In this document: in pieces, positions 18,596 to 28,419 of the stretch
How the letters are laid out: each line of letters opens with the position of its first letter
Numbering within the stretch: the stretch's first letter is position 1
Assembly: GCA_964576435.1 (NCBI GenBank)
Contig: CAZNUP010000001.1
Location: 162,345 to 226,344 of the forward strand
DNA length: 64,000 nucleotides
Source of the DNA: an uncultured Gammaproteobacteria bacterium
Lineage (GTDB): Bacteria; Patescibacteriota; Microgenomatia; JAMCZE01
Reading direction: 5' to 3'
Notes under the pieces: generated by a model
Seen by the model: only the letters and a program-made list of their open reading frames with translations
Told to the model about the DNA's origin: nothing
Database searches by the model: none
Made by a program: the position numbers and the translations under genes

Positions 18596-20023
18596 TTAAT
18601 CTAGTGTGCTATGAATAATTCCAAGACCCTCAGTTCCTTTGTGCTTTTGCGCTTCAGTAAATCCAGCATCTGTGTAAATTGGTAAAGTAAAGCTAAATGT
18701 TGCCCCCTTGCCCTTGCCCTCCGATTGGGCGTCAATCGTTCCATTGTGAAGTTCCACAATGGATTTGCTTATAAATAATCCAAGTCCCGTTCCTTGTGCC
18801 GCGTTCTGGTTTGTAATGTAAGAACCTTTGACTAGGCCAAATTTTTGGAAAAGTTTTGGAATATCATTTGAATCTAACCCTTCACCATTGTCAGTTACGT
18901 GAATCCCTACAAACTTTTCATTAAAGTCACACCAAATTTTTACCCACCCACCTTGTTTAGTAAATTTCAAAGAATTACCAATGAAGTTGATTAGTACTTC
19001 TTTAATTTTGTCCGAGTCAGCAAGTACAGGGGGTAGTGGATTTTTACCCGCCTCATTATTAATTGTGATCCCAAGTTCGTCAGCTCTTGGTTTAACTTCA
19101 GCTATAACCTCGTTAACAAAGTTAGCTACATCCAGCTTTTGCATGTCAACTGACAATTTTCCTGATTCAATTCGAGAGACATTAAGAAGGTCATTAACTA
19201 ATTTAATAAGTCTGTCTGTTGAGACATAAGCTCTTTCCAAATAATATTTTTGTTTGTCTGTAATATTTCCGCCCCTTCCAGCAATTGCCATCCACAAATA
19301 AGATTTAATAGCTGTCATTGGAGTTCTAAGTTCATGTGAAGCAACAGAGACGAATTCACTTTTTAGTTTATCAAGCTCATGGAGCCTATTATTTGCTTGG
19401 TCAAGTTTTTGTGAAGTTTGCTCTAAGTTTGAGTATAGCTCCGCATTTTGCACTGCAATGGCAACTATATCTGTAAAACCGCTAAGAAGTTCAAGTTCAG
19501 TCTCTTTTACTTCTGAATAGCCTTTAACCATACTGAATATGACTACTCCCACTGATTTGCCTTTTAATAAAATAGGCAGAATCATACTCGTTTTAATTCC
19601 CGATGCTTCTTGGTTAGTCCTCGCTTCCTGAGGAGATAGCGGAGGTGTCAGAATATCTTTCCAGTCAGTTGTTACATATTTTTTTTGATCTAAAAATGCA
19701 CGCACACAATAATTTTCTGTTTGATCAATTGGAATGACTATTTTTTCAAAAGGTATAGCAGATGCCGCCGTTGCAGCTTTTGCTTCAGGGGTTTGGGACA
19801 AGGATACTCTTTTTAAACCGCCAGACTCTTTGTCATAAAGAGATAAAACAATTATTCTATAGCCAAGATTTAGATAGCCAAGCTCGCTTAAAAGGCTATC
19901 ACAAATTTTCTGGGAGACCTCATTAAAATCCAGAGTGTCTAAGACAACTTTGGAGATTTTCCATAGTGCCTTGGCTAAGTCTTTGGACACAACTTCATCT
20001 TGGGCAGAAGAATCCATGATCAT
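18596..20023 (-). CDS. Soluble GAF-domain sensor histidine kinase
   Basis: SHELRTPMT H-box, N box, DNGEG, GTGLGL. Confidence 0.92.
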   Translation of the reverse strand: MIMDSSAQDEVVSKDLAKALWKISKVVLDTLDFNEVSQKICDSLLSELGYLNLGYRIIVLSLYDKESGGLKRVSLSQTPEAKAATAASAIPFEKIVIPIDQTENYCVRAFLDQKKYVTTDWKDILTPPLSPQEARTNQEASGIKTSMILPILLKGKSVGVVIFSMVKGYSEVKETELELLSGFTDIVAIAVQNAELYSNLEQTSQKLDQANNRLHELDKLKSEFVSVASHELRTPMTAIKSYLWMAIAGRGGNITDKQKYYLERAYVSTDRLIKLVNDLLNVSRIESGKLSVDMQKLDVANFVNEVIAEVKPRADELGITINNEAGKNPLPPVLADSDKIKEVLINFIGNSLKFTKQGGWVKIWCDFNEKFVGIHVTDNGEGLDSNDIPKLFQKFGLVKGSYITNQNAAQGTGLGLFISKSIVELHNGTIDAQSEGKGKGATFSFTLPIYTDAGFTEAQKHKGTEGLGIIHSTLD

Positions 20024-20065
20024 ATCTTAGACAAACAGAAGCAAGTTTAAAAGCCGCAATAGGAA

Positions 20066-20953
20066 TTACCTTAGCTTAAAGCGGAGTAATAATTCATCAA
20101 TTACTATTTCGTGGGTATTTAAGCCGCTTAAAAATCTTAAAAGTCTTGCTCTTGCATAAGGTGGATTGTTCTCAACTATTTTTTTAGGAATTTCTGCTGG
20201 AGAAAATTTTGCTGGTGCAGCATTTTCTGTCGATATGTCGGTGTCAATTTGACTCTCAAAGAATCCCACCGGTATATTTCCATGTCTAAATAAAACGAGA
20301 TTATTTTTATCTTGATTATAGTTAAAACCCAAAATGGTGTATGAGCCTTTGACTCTCTCGTAATGATGTTTATGATCAGCCAAATAATAAATCCCAAACG
20401 CTCTGGCCAGTTCAATTGCCTCATCTTCGGAAACAATTTCTTTTTCGCCAGTCCTATTATAAGATGTTATTCCAGGCCATTTGATCCCAGCTCTTTTAAT
20501 ATCACCAAAGAACTTTTCAGCATAAGAATTGCCGTTTGGATCCCAATATTGGATAACCGGATTTCCTGTTGAGTTGTCAAGAACTGCGCTTGGAATTTCA
20601 AACTTTTCTGCCAACTCTTTAACTATTGGCACTCTTAAAAAGCACAGAGCGCCAAATAATGTAGATATTTTCTTATGGTCTCTAAAAGTTTCCTTCCAAC
20701 TTTCTGGAATCCGTTTGAAGTCAATTAGTGGGACCACATCGCTTGAATCCAAAACCAGGGACAAGGGCTTGGAGCTTCTTGCTCCGCCTTTAATTCGCAT
20801 TACTTCATTATTCATAGAACGCGCATCGCCAATTAGGGCATTTACAGCAAGATTTTTCATTCCTATGACTTTACCTTGGGTAATCAATTTGACAGCATGT
20901 CTTTTGTCGGAGACTGACCTTATGGATCCAATGTCTAATATATCAGGAGACAT
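20066..20953 (-). CDS. Divergent YrdC/Sua5-like protein
   Basis: RIKGGARSSKPLS, ITSYNRTGE, LFRHGNI resemble YrdC motifs. Confidence 0.55.
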   Translation of the reverse strand: MSPDILDIGSIRSVSDKRHAVKLITQGKVIGMKNLAVNALIGDARSMNNEVMRIKGGARSSKPLSLVLDSSDVVPLIDFKRIPESWKETFRDHKKISTLFGALCFLRVPIVKELAEKFEIPSAVLDNSTGNPVIQYWDPNGNSYAEKFFGDIKRAGIKWPGITSYNRTGEKEIVSEDEAIELARAFGIYYLADHKHHYERVKGSYTILGFNYNQDKNNLVLFRHGNIPVGFFESQIDTDISTENAAPAKFSPAEIPKKIVENNPPYARARLLRFLSGLNTHEIVIDELLLRFKLR

Positions 20954-21054
20954 AACCTATAACTTTTGACTATCAGACACATTATAACATATAATTGTTT
21001 TACGGATGTGAGAAAAGTTGTATATCTGTAAACTAATAGTCAGTATTAAAAAAA

Positions 21055-22194
21055 ATGATCGCTGTAGCAAACGTTGAAAACAGTTTGGTAAAAGAACTAG
21101 AGCTCCAGGCGATAAAACCACCTGGTCAAGACCAAGTTATAGGGAGCTTTTATAAGGCTGTTTTAGAGAGTATAAATTCTAATCAGTTGTTGGGGAAACT
21201 GGTAACGGGCGTTTCGCAAGAAAGGCAGATGTCACCTCAATTATTTGTAAATTTGCTTTTTAGAGCATTTCAGTTTTATCTAACTGAAAATTATCGTCAA
21301 AAAGACTATCCTATTGGACTAGATAGTGAGTCTCAATGGTCACCGCTTCTAGAAAACGTTTTGTCTGATCGTGATCAATTTAAGACAATAGAAGACTTAC
21401 TTTTAACAGAGCACACAACAACAACAATTTACGAACGTTATGCAAGTTCTGTGGCAATAGCAGTGGCACTATACAATCACTCGAATGTTTCCTGGGTAGA
21501 TTTAGGTTGTGGAGGCGGGTTTGGTTCTTTAGGAGCCGTTCAAGGAGAACCATTTGGTCAGATTGTTGATGATACAAGTAATAAATATTTTACAAATCAG
21601 ATAAATGAATTTAATAATGGCCAATTTAGGATTGGCACTGCAATTGGTATAGATCTATATGACCCAAGATTGGAAAAGACCAAAAGATGGCGACGTGCCT
21701 GCCAATTTTATCCTAAAGAATGGGGACAACGAGAACAAAGAATTGCTGTTGAAGAAAAATTATTGGATGCAGACAAAGTAACCTTCGCTATCGGTGATTT
21801 TACAACTGGTAGAAATCAATATAGTGACGGTCAAGGTGGAGCCGTTGTTATTCCTAAGGGTTCTCAAAACATCGTTGTGCTAAATACCGTCTTATATATG
21901 CATCAGAGTCTTTCACAACAAGAAAACATTTTAGACTATGCCCACAGTCTTATTAAACCTGATGGGGTTATAGTTTTATCTGAGTTTGCAAACAAAGCAG
22001 CTGGTGAAGATGTACTTAACTTTACAGGTGTAGAGTGGGGGACACCATTTAATTATAGAACTTTCATTATCGGTGATATTACCAATAATAAAATTTGGGA
22101 AATTTTTCAATGGGACAGCGGTAGATGTAAAGTTGTTAAAAATGGCGAAGACTTTGAAAAGTTTTTACTAAAAACCCACAGAAGGGCTGTTTAG
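21055..22194 (+). CDS. Class I SAM-dependent methyltransferase-like protein
   Basis: WVDLGCGGG motif I, IGIDL, LIKPDGVIVL. Confidence 0.7.
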   Translation: MIAVANVENSLVKELELQAIKPPGQDQVIGSFYKAVLESINSNQLLGKLVTGVSQERQMSPQLFVNLLFRAFQFYLTENYRQKDYPIGLDSESQWSPLLENVLSDRDQFKTIEDLLLTEHTTTTIYERYASSVAIAVALYNHSNVSWVDLGCGGGFGSLGAVQGEPFGQIVDDTSNKYFTNQINEFNNGQFRIGTAIGIDLYDPRLEKTKRWRRACQFYPKEWGQREQRIAVEEKLLDADKVTFAIGDFTTGRNQYSDGQGGAVVIPKGSQNIVVLNTVLYMHQSLSQQENILDYAHSLIKPDGVIVLSEFANKAAGEDVLNFTGVEWGTPFNYRTFIIGDITNNKIWEIFQWDSGRCKVVKNGEDFEKFLLKTHRRAV

Positions 22195-22251
22195 TGTTCT
22201 TGCAATCGTTTTCTAGAGGATATACTATGAGAGCAGATTGGTGGTGATTTA

Positions 22252-22656
22252 ATGATAACTTTAGAACAAGCAAAAAAAGCACTAGAAGCCTCTGAAAAAA
22301 AAGCTACAGAGCTGGGTATAGGAGTGTCCACTGCAATAGTCGATGACCATGGAACACTGGTCGCGTTTTCAAGGATGGAAAAGGCTTTTACAATTAGTCC
22401 TAAGTTTGCATTAGCTAAAGCCCTGACATCGGGCACATTAGGAATGCCAACAAAAGACATGGCACCGTTTGCCTTAGAAGGTAAGCCATACCACGATTTA
22501 AACTCTCTTTCGGGTGGCGAGTTAACTACAATTGCTGGAGGGTTTCCTATTGTGATCGATGGGAAATTGGTCGGTGGAATTGGAGTTGGTGGTTCAGCAG
22601 ACGTCGAACAAGATGTTCTTTGTGGGCAAGCCGCATTAAATGCTTTATTAAATTAA
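22252..22656 (+). CDS. GlcG/HbpS-like heme-binding protein
   Basis: AIVDDHG, AKALTS, GGIGVGG. Confidence 0.9.
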   Translation: MITLEQAKKALEASEKKATELGIGVSTAIVDDHGTLVAFSRMEKAFTISPKFALAKALTSGTLGMPTKDMAPFALEGKPYHDLNSLSGGELTTIAGGFPIVIDGKLVGGIGVGGSADVEQDVLCGQAALNALLN

Positions 22657-22703
22657 CGATAGATAGGCTTGATTTTAATACCTAACTATACTATCGTTTT
22701 GTC

Positions 22704-23090
22704 ATGGCAAAGAAAATTCTCCTGGTTGATGACGACCTCTACATCCGTGATCTCTACGCTGAAGTTCTAAAAGATGAAAACTATGATGTTTTAATTGCAG
22801 CAGATGGCGAAGAGGCCTTAGCAGTAGCTGGTGCAAATACTCCTGATCTCATTCTTCTTGATATCATGATGCCAAAAATGGACGGTATCCAAGTTTTAAG
22901 TAAAGTCAAAGAAAATCCTACTTTAAAAAATATCCCGGTCATTATGCTAACTAACTTTGGTCAAGAAGATCTGATTAAACAAGCTGTCAATCTTGGTTCT
23001 GTAGAGTACCTCCTAAAATATAACATCACACCGGGGGAGATAATTAAAAAGGTGGGTCTCGTCCTAAATCCTGCACAAGTTAATCTTTAA
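22704..23090 (+). CDS. Single-domain response regulator
   Basis: ILLVDDD, LLDIMMPKMDG. Confidence 0.92.
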   Translation: MAKKILLVDDDLYIRDLYAEVLKDENYDVLIAADGEEALAVAGANTPDLILLDIMMPKMDGIQVLSKVKENPTLKNIPVIMLTNFGQEDLIKQAVNLGSVEYLLKYNITPGEIIKKVGLVLNPAQVNL

Positions 23091-23095
23091 TCTCT

Positions 23096-23488
23096 ATGGC
23101 TAAAAAAATACTCTTAATTGATGACGACACCTATATTAGAGATCTGTATAACGAGCTTTTAACTAGTGAAGGCTTTGAAATTGATTTAGCAAAAGACGGT
23201 GCTACTGGCCTAGAAAAAATCCAGCAAGGTGGCTATGATTTAGTTCTCCTTGATATCATGCTTCCCAAAATTGATGGCCATGGAGTACTTGTCAAATTAA
23301 AAGAAAACCCGCCTCAAAAACCAAACGGTCCAATAATAATTCTTACCAATTTAGCAAACGACCCCATTGTTGAGGAGTCAGTTAAACTTGGTGCCAAAGC
23401 TTCCTACATTAAGTCTGATCATACCCCAGAAGAGTTCTTGAATATGATTAAGAAGTATTTGGCTACCGACCCCCAACCTGCCCAATAA
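23096..23488 (+). CDS. Single-domain response regulator
   Basis: ILLIDDD, LLDIMLPKIDG. Confidence 0.92.
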   Translation: MAKKILLIDDDTYIRDLYNELLTSEGFEIDLAKDGATGLEKIQQGGYDLVLLDIMLPKIDGHGVLVKLKENPPQKPNGPIIILTNLANDPIVEESVKLGAKASYIKSDHTPEEFLNMIKKYLATDPQPAQ

Positions 23489-24536
23489 GTCCATAAATAG
23501 GGGCTATAATAGCAAGCATCATTCCTCCAACCAAAGCGCCAACAACCACAAGCATTAAAGGTTCCAAAATAACAGTCAAAGTCTTAAGTGTTTCGGAGAC
23601 TTTATAGTCTAAATATTCTGATATATCTAGCATGGCCTTGGGAAGTGATCCACTTTTTTCTCCAACCTCAATAAGTTTCAGCATGATTGTGGGAATATCT
23701 CCTCTCGCACTAGATAATCCCTCGGATAGTTTTTTCCCGGACAACATCATCACTCGGGATTTTTCGATGACATCAGCCATCTGTTTTCTCATCACAACGT
23801 CTTTTGAGAGTTCAAGTGCTGTTGTAATCGGTAACCCTGCTGTCAAAAGTAAATACAAGTTTCTAGAAAATCTAGTCAAATCAATTTCTTTAACGAGTTT
23901 AGATATAAGGGGCAGGTGATAAAAAGCATTAAGCATTGGTTTCCTAAATTTTTTGAAAAGAACCATAAAAATTCCTACAAAAACAGCTAAACCAACCAAA
24001 ACATACCACCCATTTTTTGTAATCATGTCAGACATAAAAATCAAAATCTTTGTAGGCAAGGGGAGTTCCACCCCCAAATTTGAAAACACAGTAGAAATTT
24101 TTGGTATAACTACAATGAGAATCATAAGAAGTACTCCCAAAAACACCAGTGAAATAATAATTGGGTAGATCATTGCTCCTTTAATCTTTCCTGAAAATTC
24201 CACTTCCTTTCGTATGTTGTCAGACAAATCTTTAAGAGCCGTTTCTAAAGTGCCAGCCTCTTCAGAGGCTTTTATAACTGAGACTGTTACCTTGTCGAAC
24301 GAGTTGGGAAATCTAGCAAGAGTCACGTAGACATGATTACCTGACATTAAATCATCTCGAAGCGTTCCCAAAAATATTTTTGAATTACCCGTTGCGTCTG
24401 AAAGTAGCGAGTCAACAGCCTCATATAAAGCAATTCCCGAGCTAAGCATTGTTGTAAGATTTCCAACAATGCTAATTTTCTCGGACGCAGATAATGAAAT
24501 ATCTTTTTTTTGTGGTGTGCCAAAAGGTAAAGTCAT
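23463..24536 (-). CDS. pilC: Type IV pilus platform protein PilC (GspF family)
   Basis: ASEEAGTL, AMIYP, GEKSGSL, LEPL. Confidence 0.9.
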   Translation of the reverse strand: MTLPFGTPQKKDISLSASEKISIVGNLTTMLSSGIALYEAVDSLLSDATGNSKIFLGTLRDDLMSGNHVYVTLARFPNSFDKVTVSVIKASEEAGTLETALKDLSDNIRKEVEFSGKIKGAMIYPIIISLVFLGVLLMILIVVIPKISTVFSNLGVELPLPTKILIFMSDMITKNGWYVLVGLAVFVGIFMVLFKKFRKPMLNAFYHLPLISKLVKEIDLTRFSRNLYLLLTAGLPITTALELSKDVVMRKQMADVIEKSRVMMLSGKKLSEGLSSARGDIPTIMLKLIEVGEKSGSLPKAMLDISEYLDYKVSETLKTLTVILEPLMLVVVGALVGGMMLAIIAPIYGLIGQVGGR

Positions 24537-26230
24537 AGGAATTCTGTTGTAGCAACTCGCAATACCTCCTCAATTGTCGTAATCCCTCGAGAAACTTTCT
24601 CGAGTCCGTCATGAAGCATGGTGGTCGTCCCTTCAGCAAGGGCCGCCTTTTTAATAACATCAGAGTCACTTTTGGTCGTGATTAAGTCTCTAATTTTTTG
24701 AGTTACTTCAATAACTTCAAAGACACCAATTCTCCCAACATATCCAGTCCCATCACAAACTTTGCACCCCTTGCCTTTGTAAATTCTAATTTCCTTCTGT
24801 TCTCCAATTGGTACAAAGCTTTCCTGGACAATTTCTGGAGTCAGTTTTTTGCCAAGTTCCTCTTCTGTTATTGTGGTTGATACCCGGCAGGCATCACAAA
24901 TTTTTCGAACCAGTCTTTGAGCAATAATTACATTAACTGTTGATGCAACCAAAAATGGTTCCACTCCCATATCGATAAGTCTGGGGATTGCTGTAGCCGC
25001 ATCGTTAGTGTGAAGAGTTGAAAAAACCAAGTGCCCGGTAAGAGCCGCATTGACTGCAATGTCGGCTGTTTCTCCATCTCGAATTTCTCCCACAAAGATA
25101 ATATTTGGATCCTGTCTAAGGATCGATCTAAGTCCATTTGCAAAAGTTAAGTTTGTTTTTGCATTAACCTGTACTTGATTGGCTCCGTTAATGCGGTATT
25201 CAACAGGATCTTCGATCGTTGTTAAATTTTTCTCCCTTTGGTTTAATATTTTTAGAATGGAATAAATTGATGTTGTCTTTCCGCTCCCAGTAGGTCCAGT
25301 TGATAAAACCATTCCAAAAGATTTCCCAAAAGCTGTATTAGTCACTTTGAGATCTCGCTCGTTCATTCCAAGGTCCACCAAGGTATAGCTTCCTATTTTT
25401 GAAGACAAAAGTCTAAGGACTGCCTTTTCTCCTTCAACAATTGGCAAAATTGAAAGCCGGATGTCCAAATTTTCTTCAGGCAGTTCCACTCGTAGTTTGC
25501 CATCTTGTGCCGAAAGATGTTCATCAGTTCTGAGATTAGATAGGACCTTAAGTCTTGTTATGACCCGGTCATGAAGCCCCTTGTCCATGACAAAAAGATC
25601 ATTAAGCATTCCATCAATTCTGAATCTAATTAGTGAGTTTTTTTCCTGTGGCTCAATGTGAATATCACTTGCCCGATCTTCATAAGCAGATGCAATTAAT
25701 GTGTCAACAATTTTTGTAATAGGGGCTTCAGATAAATAATTTGGTCTAATTCGCCCCGCCTCTTCTTTGATAAGTTCGTCAATAATCTTTTGTAGATTAC
25801 GCTTATATCCTTTAGTTTTTACCTCAATTTCTTCAGGGCTAGAAAAATATAAGAAAACTTTTTGTCCCGTTTTCTGGCCTACTAGCTCAAGTACTGGTTT
25901 AATCTTTTCAGGTTCAGAAGTTGCTAGATGTATTCCTTGCTCGTCTCTTTTAAAAGCAACAATTTTAAATGACTTTGCTACTCGTTCTGGAACAATAGCT
26001 AAAACTTCTTCTGGAATCTCAGTCTTAGCAAGACTAACAAATGGCAGGTTAAATTCCTTAGCTAGAATTTCTGAAAGCTTTGCCTCATTGGCCTTATCCT
26101 CAGAAATAAAAGCTTCATAAAGAGAAGTTTTATTTGTGCTAGCGCGCTTCTCAAGCTCCTCTATTTTTTTACTATCAGCAATTCCGTTGTTCGCAAGAAT
26201 GGACTTAACCTTTTCGTCGGGCAGGTTCAT
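24533..26230 (-). CDS. pilB: Type IV pilus assembly ATPase PilB (GspE family)
   Basis: ASDIHIEP, GPTGSGKTT, LRQDP, zinc-binding CxxC pairs. Confidence 0.93.
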   Translation of the reverse strand: MNLPDEKVKSILANNGIADSKKIEELEKRASTNKTSLYEAFISEDKANEAKLSEILAKEFNLPFVSLAKTEIPEEVLAIVPERVAKSFKIVAFKRDEQGIHLATSEPEKIKPVLELVGQKTGQKVFLYFSSPEEIEVKTKGYKRNLQKIIDELIKEEAGRIRPNYLSEAPITKIVDTLIASAYEDRASDIHIEPQEKNSLIRFRIDGMLNDLFVMDKGLHDRVITRLKVLSNLRTDEHLSAQDGKLRVELPEENLDIRLSILPIVEGEKAVLRLLSSKIGSYTLVDLGMNERDLKVTNTAFGKSFGMVLSTGPTGSGKTTSIYSILKILNQREKNLTTIEDPVEYRINGANQVQVNAKTNLTFANGLRSILRQDPNIIFVGEIRDGETADIAVNAALTGHLVFSTLHTNDAATAIPRLIDMGVEPFLVASTVNVIIAQRLVRKICDACRVSTTITEEELGKKLTPEIVQESFVPIGEQKEIRIYKGKGCKVCDGTGYVGRIGVFEVIEVTQKIRDLITTKSDSDVIKKAALAEGTTTMLHDGLEKVSRGITTIEEVLRVATTEFL

Positions 26231-26300
26231 AAATTAATAATAGCATCCTCTTGTATAAATAGTAATTGTGATAACGGATAGAATGTATTAAATTTTAATT

Positions 26301-27041
26301 ATGATTGCTGTTCATAAGAAATTGCGCAGAAGTGAAGATATAAAGACTTTTGCTCGCAATTTGAGAAGGCAAGGAAAATCATATTCTGAGATAGTTAACG
26401 AACTTCAAGTTCCAAGAAGTACTTTGCACCTTTGGCTTAAAGATATCAGCATTCCAATAAGATTTACCGGTGAGGCTAGAAAATCTTGGTGGAAAAGTAT
26501 GCAAAGATTGGCTGTAGAAGCAAATAAAAAAAAGTATACATCTATCTATTCCAAAATAGACGAAAAAATCTTATTAGAACAAAAAAGTCTGACAATAGAT
26601 GTAGATTTTTGTAAGTCATTACTATCAGCGATATATTGGACTGAAGGATCTAAAGGTCGCCACAGCATAGTGGTATTTGCAAATACAGATCCCGGCCTGA
26701 CTCTTCTTTTTGTAACTCTGCTGCGAAAATGTTATAAGATAGACGAATCGAAATTTAGGGTCAGATTGCATCTTCATGATTACCATAACGAAGAAAAAGT
26801 TAAAACCTTTTGGTCCCATTTGCTCAAAATTCCACAGGACCAATTCACAAAAACATATAGGAAAGAAAGAAGTAAAGAAAAAACTTTTCGTCGTAATTTT
26901 GGAGGAATCTGCTTTGTGAACTATAATAGTGTCTATCTCAGGGCAGAAATAGCCCAATACGGTAAATTTCTTGGACAAAAAATTACAGGCAAAATTAATG
27001 TACCTGAGGTTTCAAGTAATTGGGATAGCGTGTCCTCGTAG
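26301..27041 (+). CDS. HTH + LAGLIDADG-like protein whose stop lies inside tRNA-Arg
   Basis: RRQGKSYSEI...STLHLW HTH; LLSAIYWTEGS; FANTDP. Confidence 0.75.
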   Translation: MIAVHKKLRRSEDIKTFARNLRRQGKSYSEIVNELQVPRSTLHLWLKDISIPIRFTGEARKSWWKSMQRLAVEANKKKYTSIYSKIDEKILLEQKSLTIDVDFCKSLLSAIYWTEGSKGRHSIVVFANTDPGLTLLFVTLLRKCYKIDESKFRVRLHLHDYHNEEKVKTFWSHLLKIPQDQFTKTYRKERSKEKTFRRNFGGICFVNYNSVYLRAEIAQYGKFLGQKITGKINVPEVSSNWDSVSS

Positions 27042-27106
27042 CTCAACGGATAGAGTACGGCCCTGCGAAGGTTGAGATGCCAGTTCGATTCTGGCCGGGG
27101 ACGCCA
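27032..27106 (+). tRNA. tRNA-Arg(GCG)
   Basis: CGGCC-CT-GCG-AA-GGTTG; encoded CCA. Confidence 0.93.
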
Positions 27107-27111
27107 AAGAA

Positions 27112-27193
27112 GGAGGATGGGCAGGGCGGTAATGCGCTGGTTTCGAAAACCAGTGAGAGCAATCTCTAACAGGTTCGACTCCTGTATCCTCCG
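27112..27193 (+). tRNA. tRNA-Ser(CGA)
   Basis: CTGGT-TT-CGA-AA-ACCAG, long variable arm. Confidence 0.92.
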
Positions 27194-27239
27194 CAAAAAG
27201 GCTCTTGCAAAAGAAAGTTTAAGTTGTGAGAATATATCT

Positions 27240-27647
27240 ATGGACTACAACTACAACAGTGATGTGATGTATCAAACCAATTCTTCCGCAGCAATGGGAC
27301 CATTTTTCTGGGTCGTACTAGTTTTAGAACTTGTTCTACTTATAGCCATAATAGTTGGCTTTTGGAAGATGTTTGTCAAAGCTGGTAAGCCAGGCTGGGC
27401 ATCTCTCATTCCGTTTTACAATATTTATGTGCTTCTTAAAATAGTAGGTAAGCCTGGTTGGTGGCTACTTCTTTATTTCATTCCATTAGTAAACATTGTC
27501 GTAATGATCCTAGTCATGCTGGATCTAGCTAAGGCATTTGGGCGAAGTGTTCTTTTTGCAATCTTTGGTTTGATAATCTTTACTCCAATTGGAATCCTTA
27601 TCTTAGGGTTTGGTAATTCCAAATACATCGCTCCAAAGGCTAAATAA
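27240..27647 (+). CDS. DUF5684-like membrane protein (start corrected to 27240)
   Basis: WKMFVKAGKPGWASLIPFYNIY; the upstream part of the track ORF overlaps tRNAs. Confidence 0.85.
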   Translation: MDYNYNSDVMYQTNSSAAMGPFFWVVLVLELVLLIAIIVGFWKMFVKAGKPGWASLIPFYNIYVLLKIVGKPGWWLLLYFIPLVNIVVMILVMLDLAKAFGRSVLFAIFGLIIFTPIGILILGFGNSKYIAPKAK

Positions 27648-27727
27648 ACATTTCTTTTATCCTTCACATAAACCGTTAACAAGTCTTTTTATAAGTTTAA
27701 ACTTTCGTGATAACATGCAAAGAAGAA

Positions 27728-27800
27728 GCCCCCGTAGCTTAACTGGATAGAGTATGGCCCTCCGAAGGCTGAGATGTGGATTCAACTTCCGCCGGGGGCA
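27728..27800 (+). tRNA. tRNA-Arg(CCG)
   Basis: TGGCC-CT-CCG-AA-GGCTG; acceptor stem GCCCCCG/CGGGGGC. Confidence 0.9.
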
Positions 27801-28380
27801 CATTTTTAGATAGTCCCGTATTCTCCTTAGGTTTATCTGTAAAGTCCTTTTTGATCATTTTGTCGAGTGGAAACTTGCGGCTAAACCAATCTGCCATTCT
27901 TTCAGGTACTGTTTTTTCGACATTCTCAATATATGGCAAATATTCTGCAAGAATATTTCTAATTTCCTTCCAATTGTCAGGGTGAACCATAATCATTAGT
28001 TGTCCAAAAACATTTTTAGTTGCGACATGTAAAAAGACGTCATTTTTTTTGTGCGAAAACCAAAATGGTCCCAAGTCAGCCCACACATAACTTCTTCCCA
28101 TAGAAATAATTCCTCTGTTTGTAATTTTGTGTTCTACCTCAGTTGGAGGGACTTTGTTAAGGGCATAAAACAAGAAAAAAGACGCCCATACAACCACAAT
28201 TGCTAACCATTCCTGAATAAAAGCCAGTATAAGTGAAACTAAAACTGCAATCGCTCCAATAGTTCGAATTGCTTCGGTTGAGAAACTCCATGCCGGCCTA
28301 TTAAGTGAATGCCACGCAATCAAATCAACCACTTCAAATGGATCTGGTCTCTCTTGTGGGGATGGTTGCACTTCCTCCAT
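27739..28380 (-). CDS. Two-TM membrane protein with PH-like C-terminus (DUF5673-like)
   Basis: HKITNRGI...YVWADLGPFWF. Confidence 0.7.
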   Translation of the reverse strand: MEEVQPSPQERPDPFEVVDLIAWHSLNRPAWSFSTEAIRTIGAIAVLVSLILAFIQEWLAIVVVWASFFLFYALNKVPPTEVEHKITNRGIISMGRSYVWADLGPFWFSHKKNDVFLHVATKNVFGQLMIMVHPDNWKEIRNILAEYLPYIENVEKTVPERMADWFSRKFPLDKMIKKDFTDKPKENTGLSKNVPPAEVESTSQPSEGHTLSS

Positions 28381-28419
28381 CGCTTAAATATACCGCAAAC
28401 TTCCAAGAAGATGCAACCT

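Noticed and set aside
26933-27239. ORF 26933-27196 and the N-terminal extension of 27072-27647
   Set aside because: They overlap two tRNA genes; the real CDS starts at 27240.
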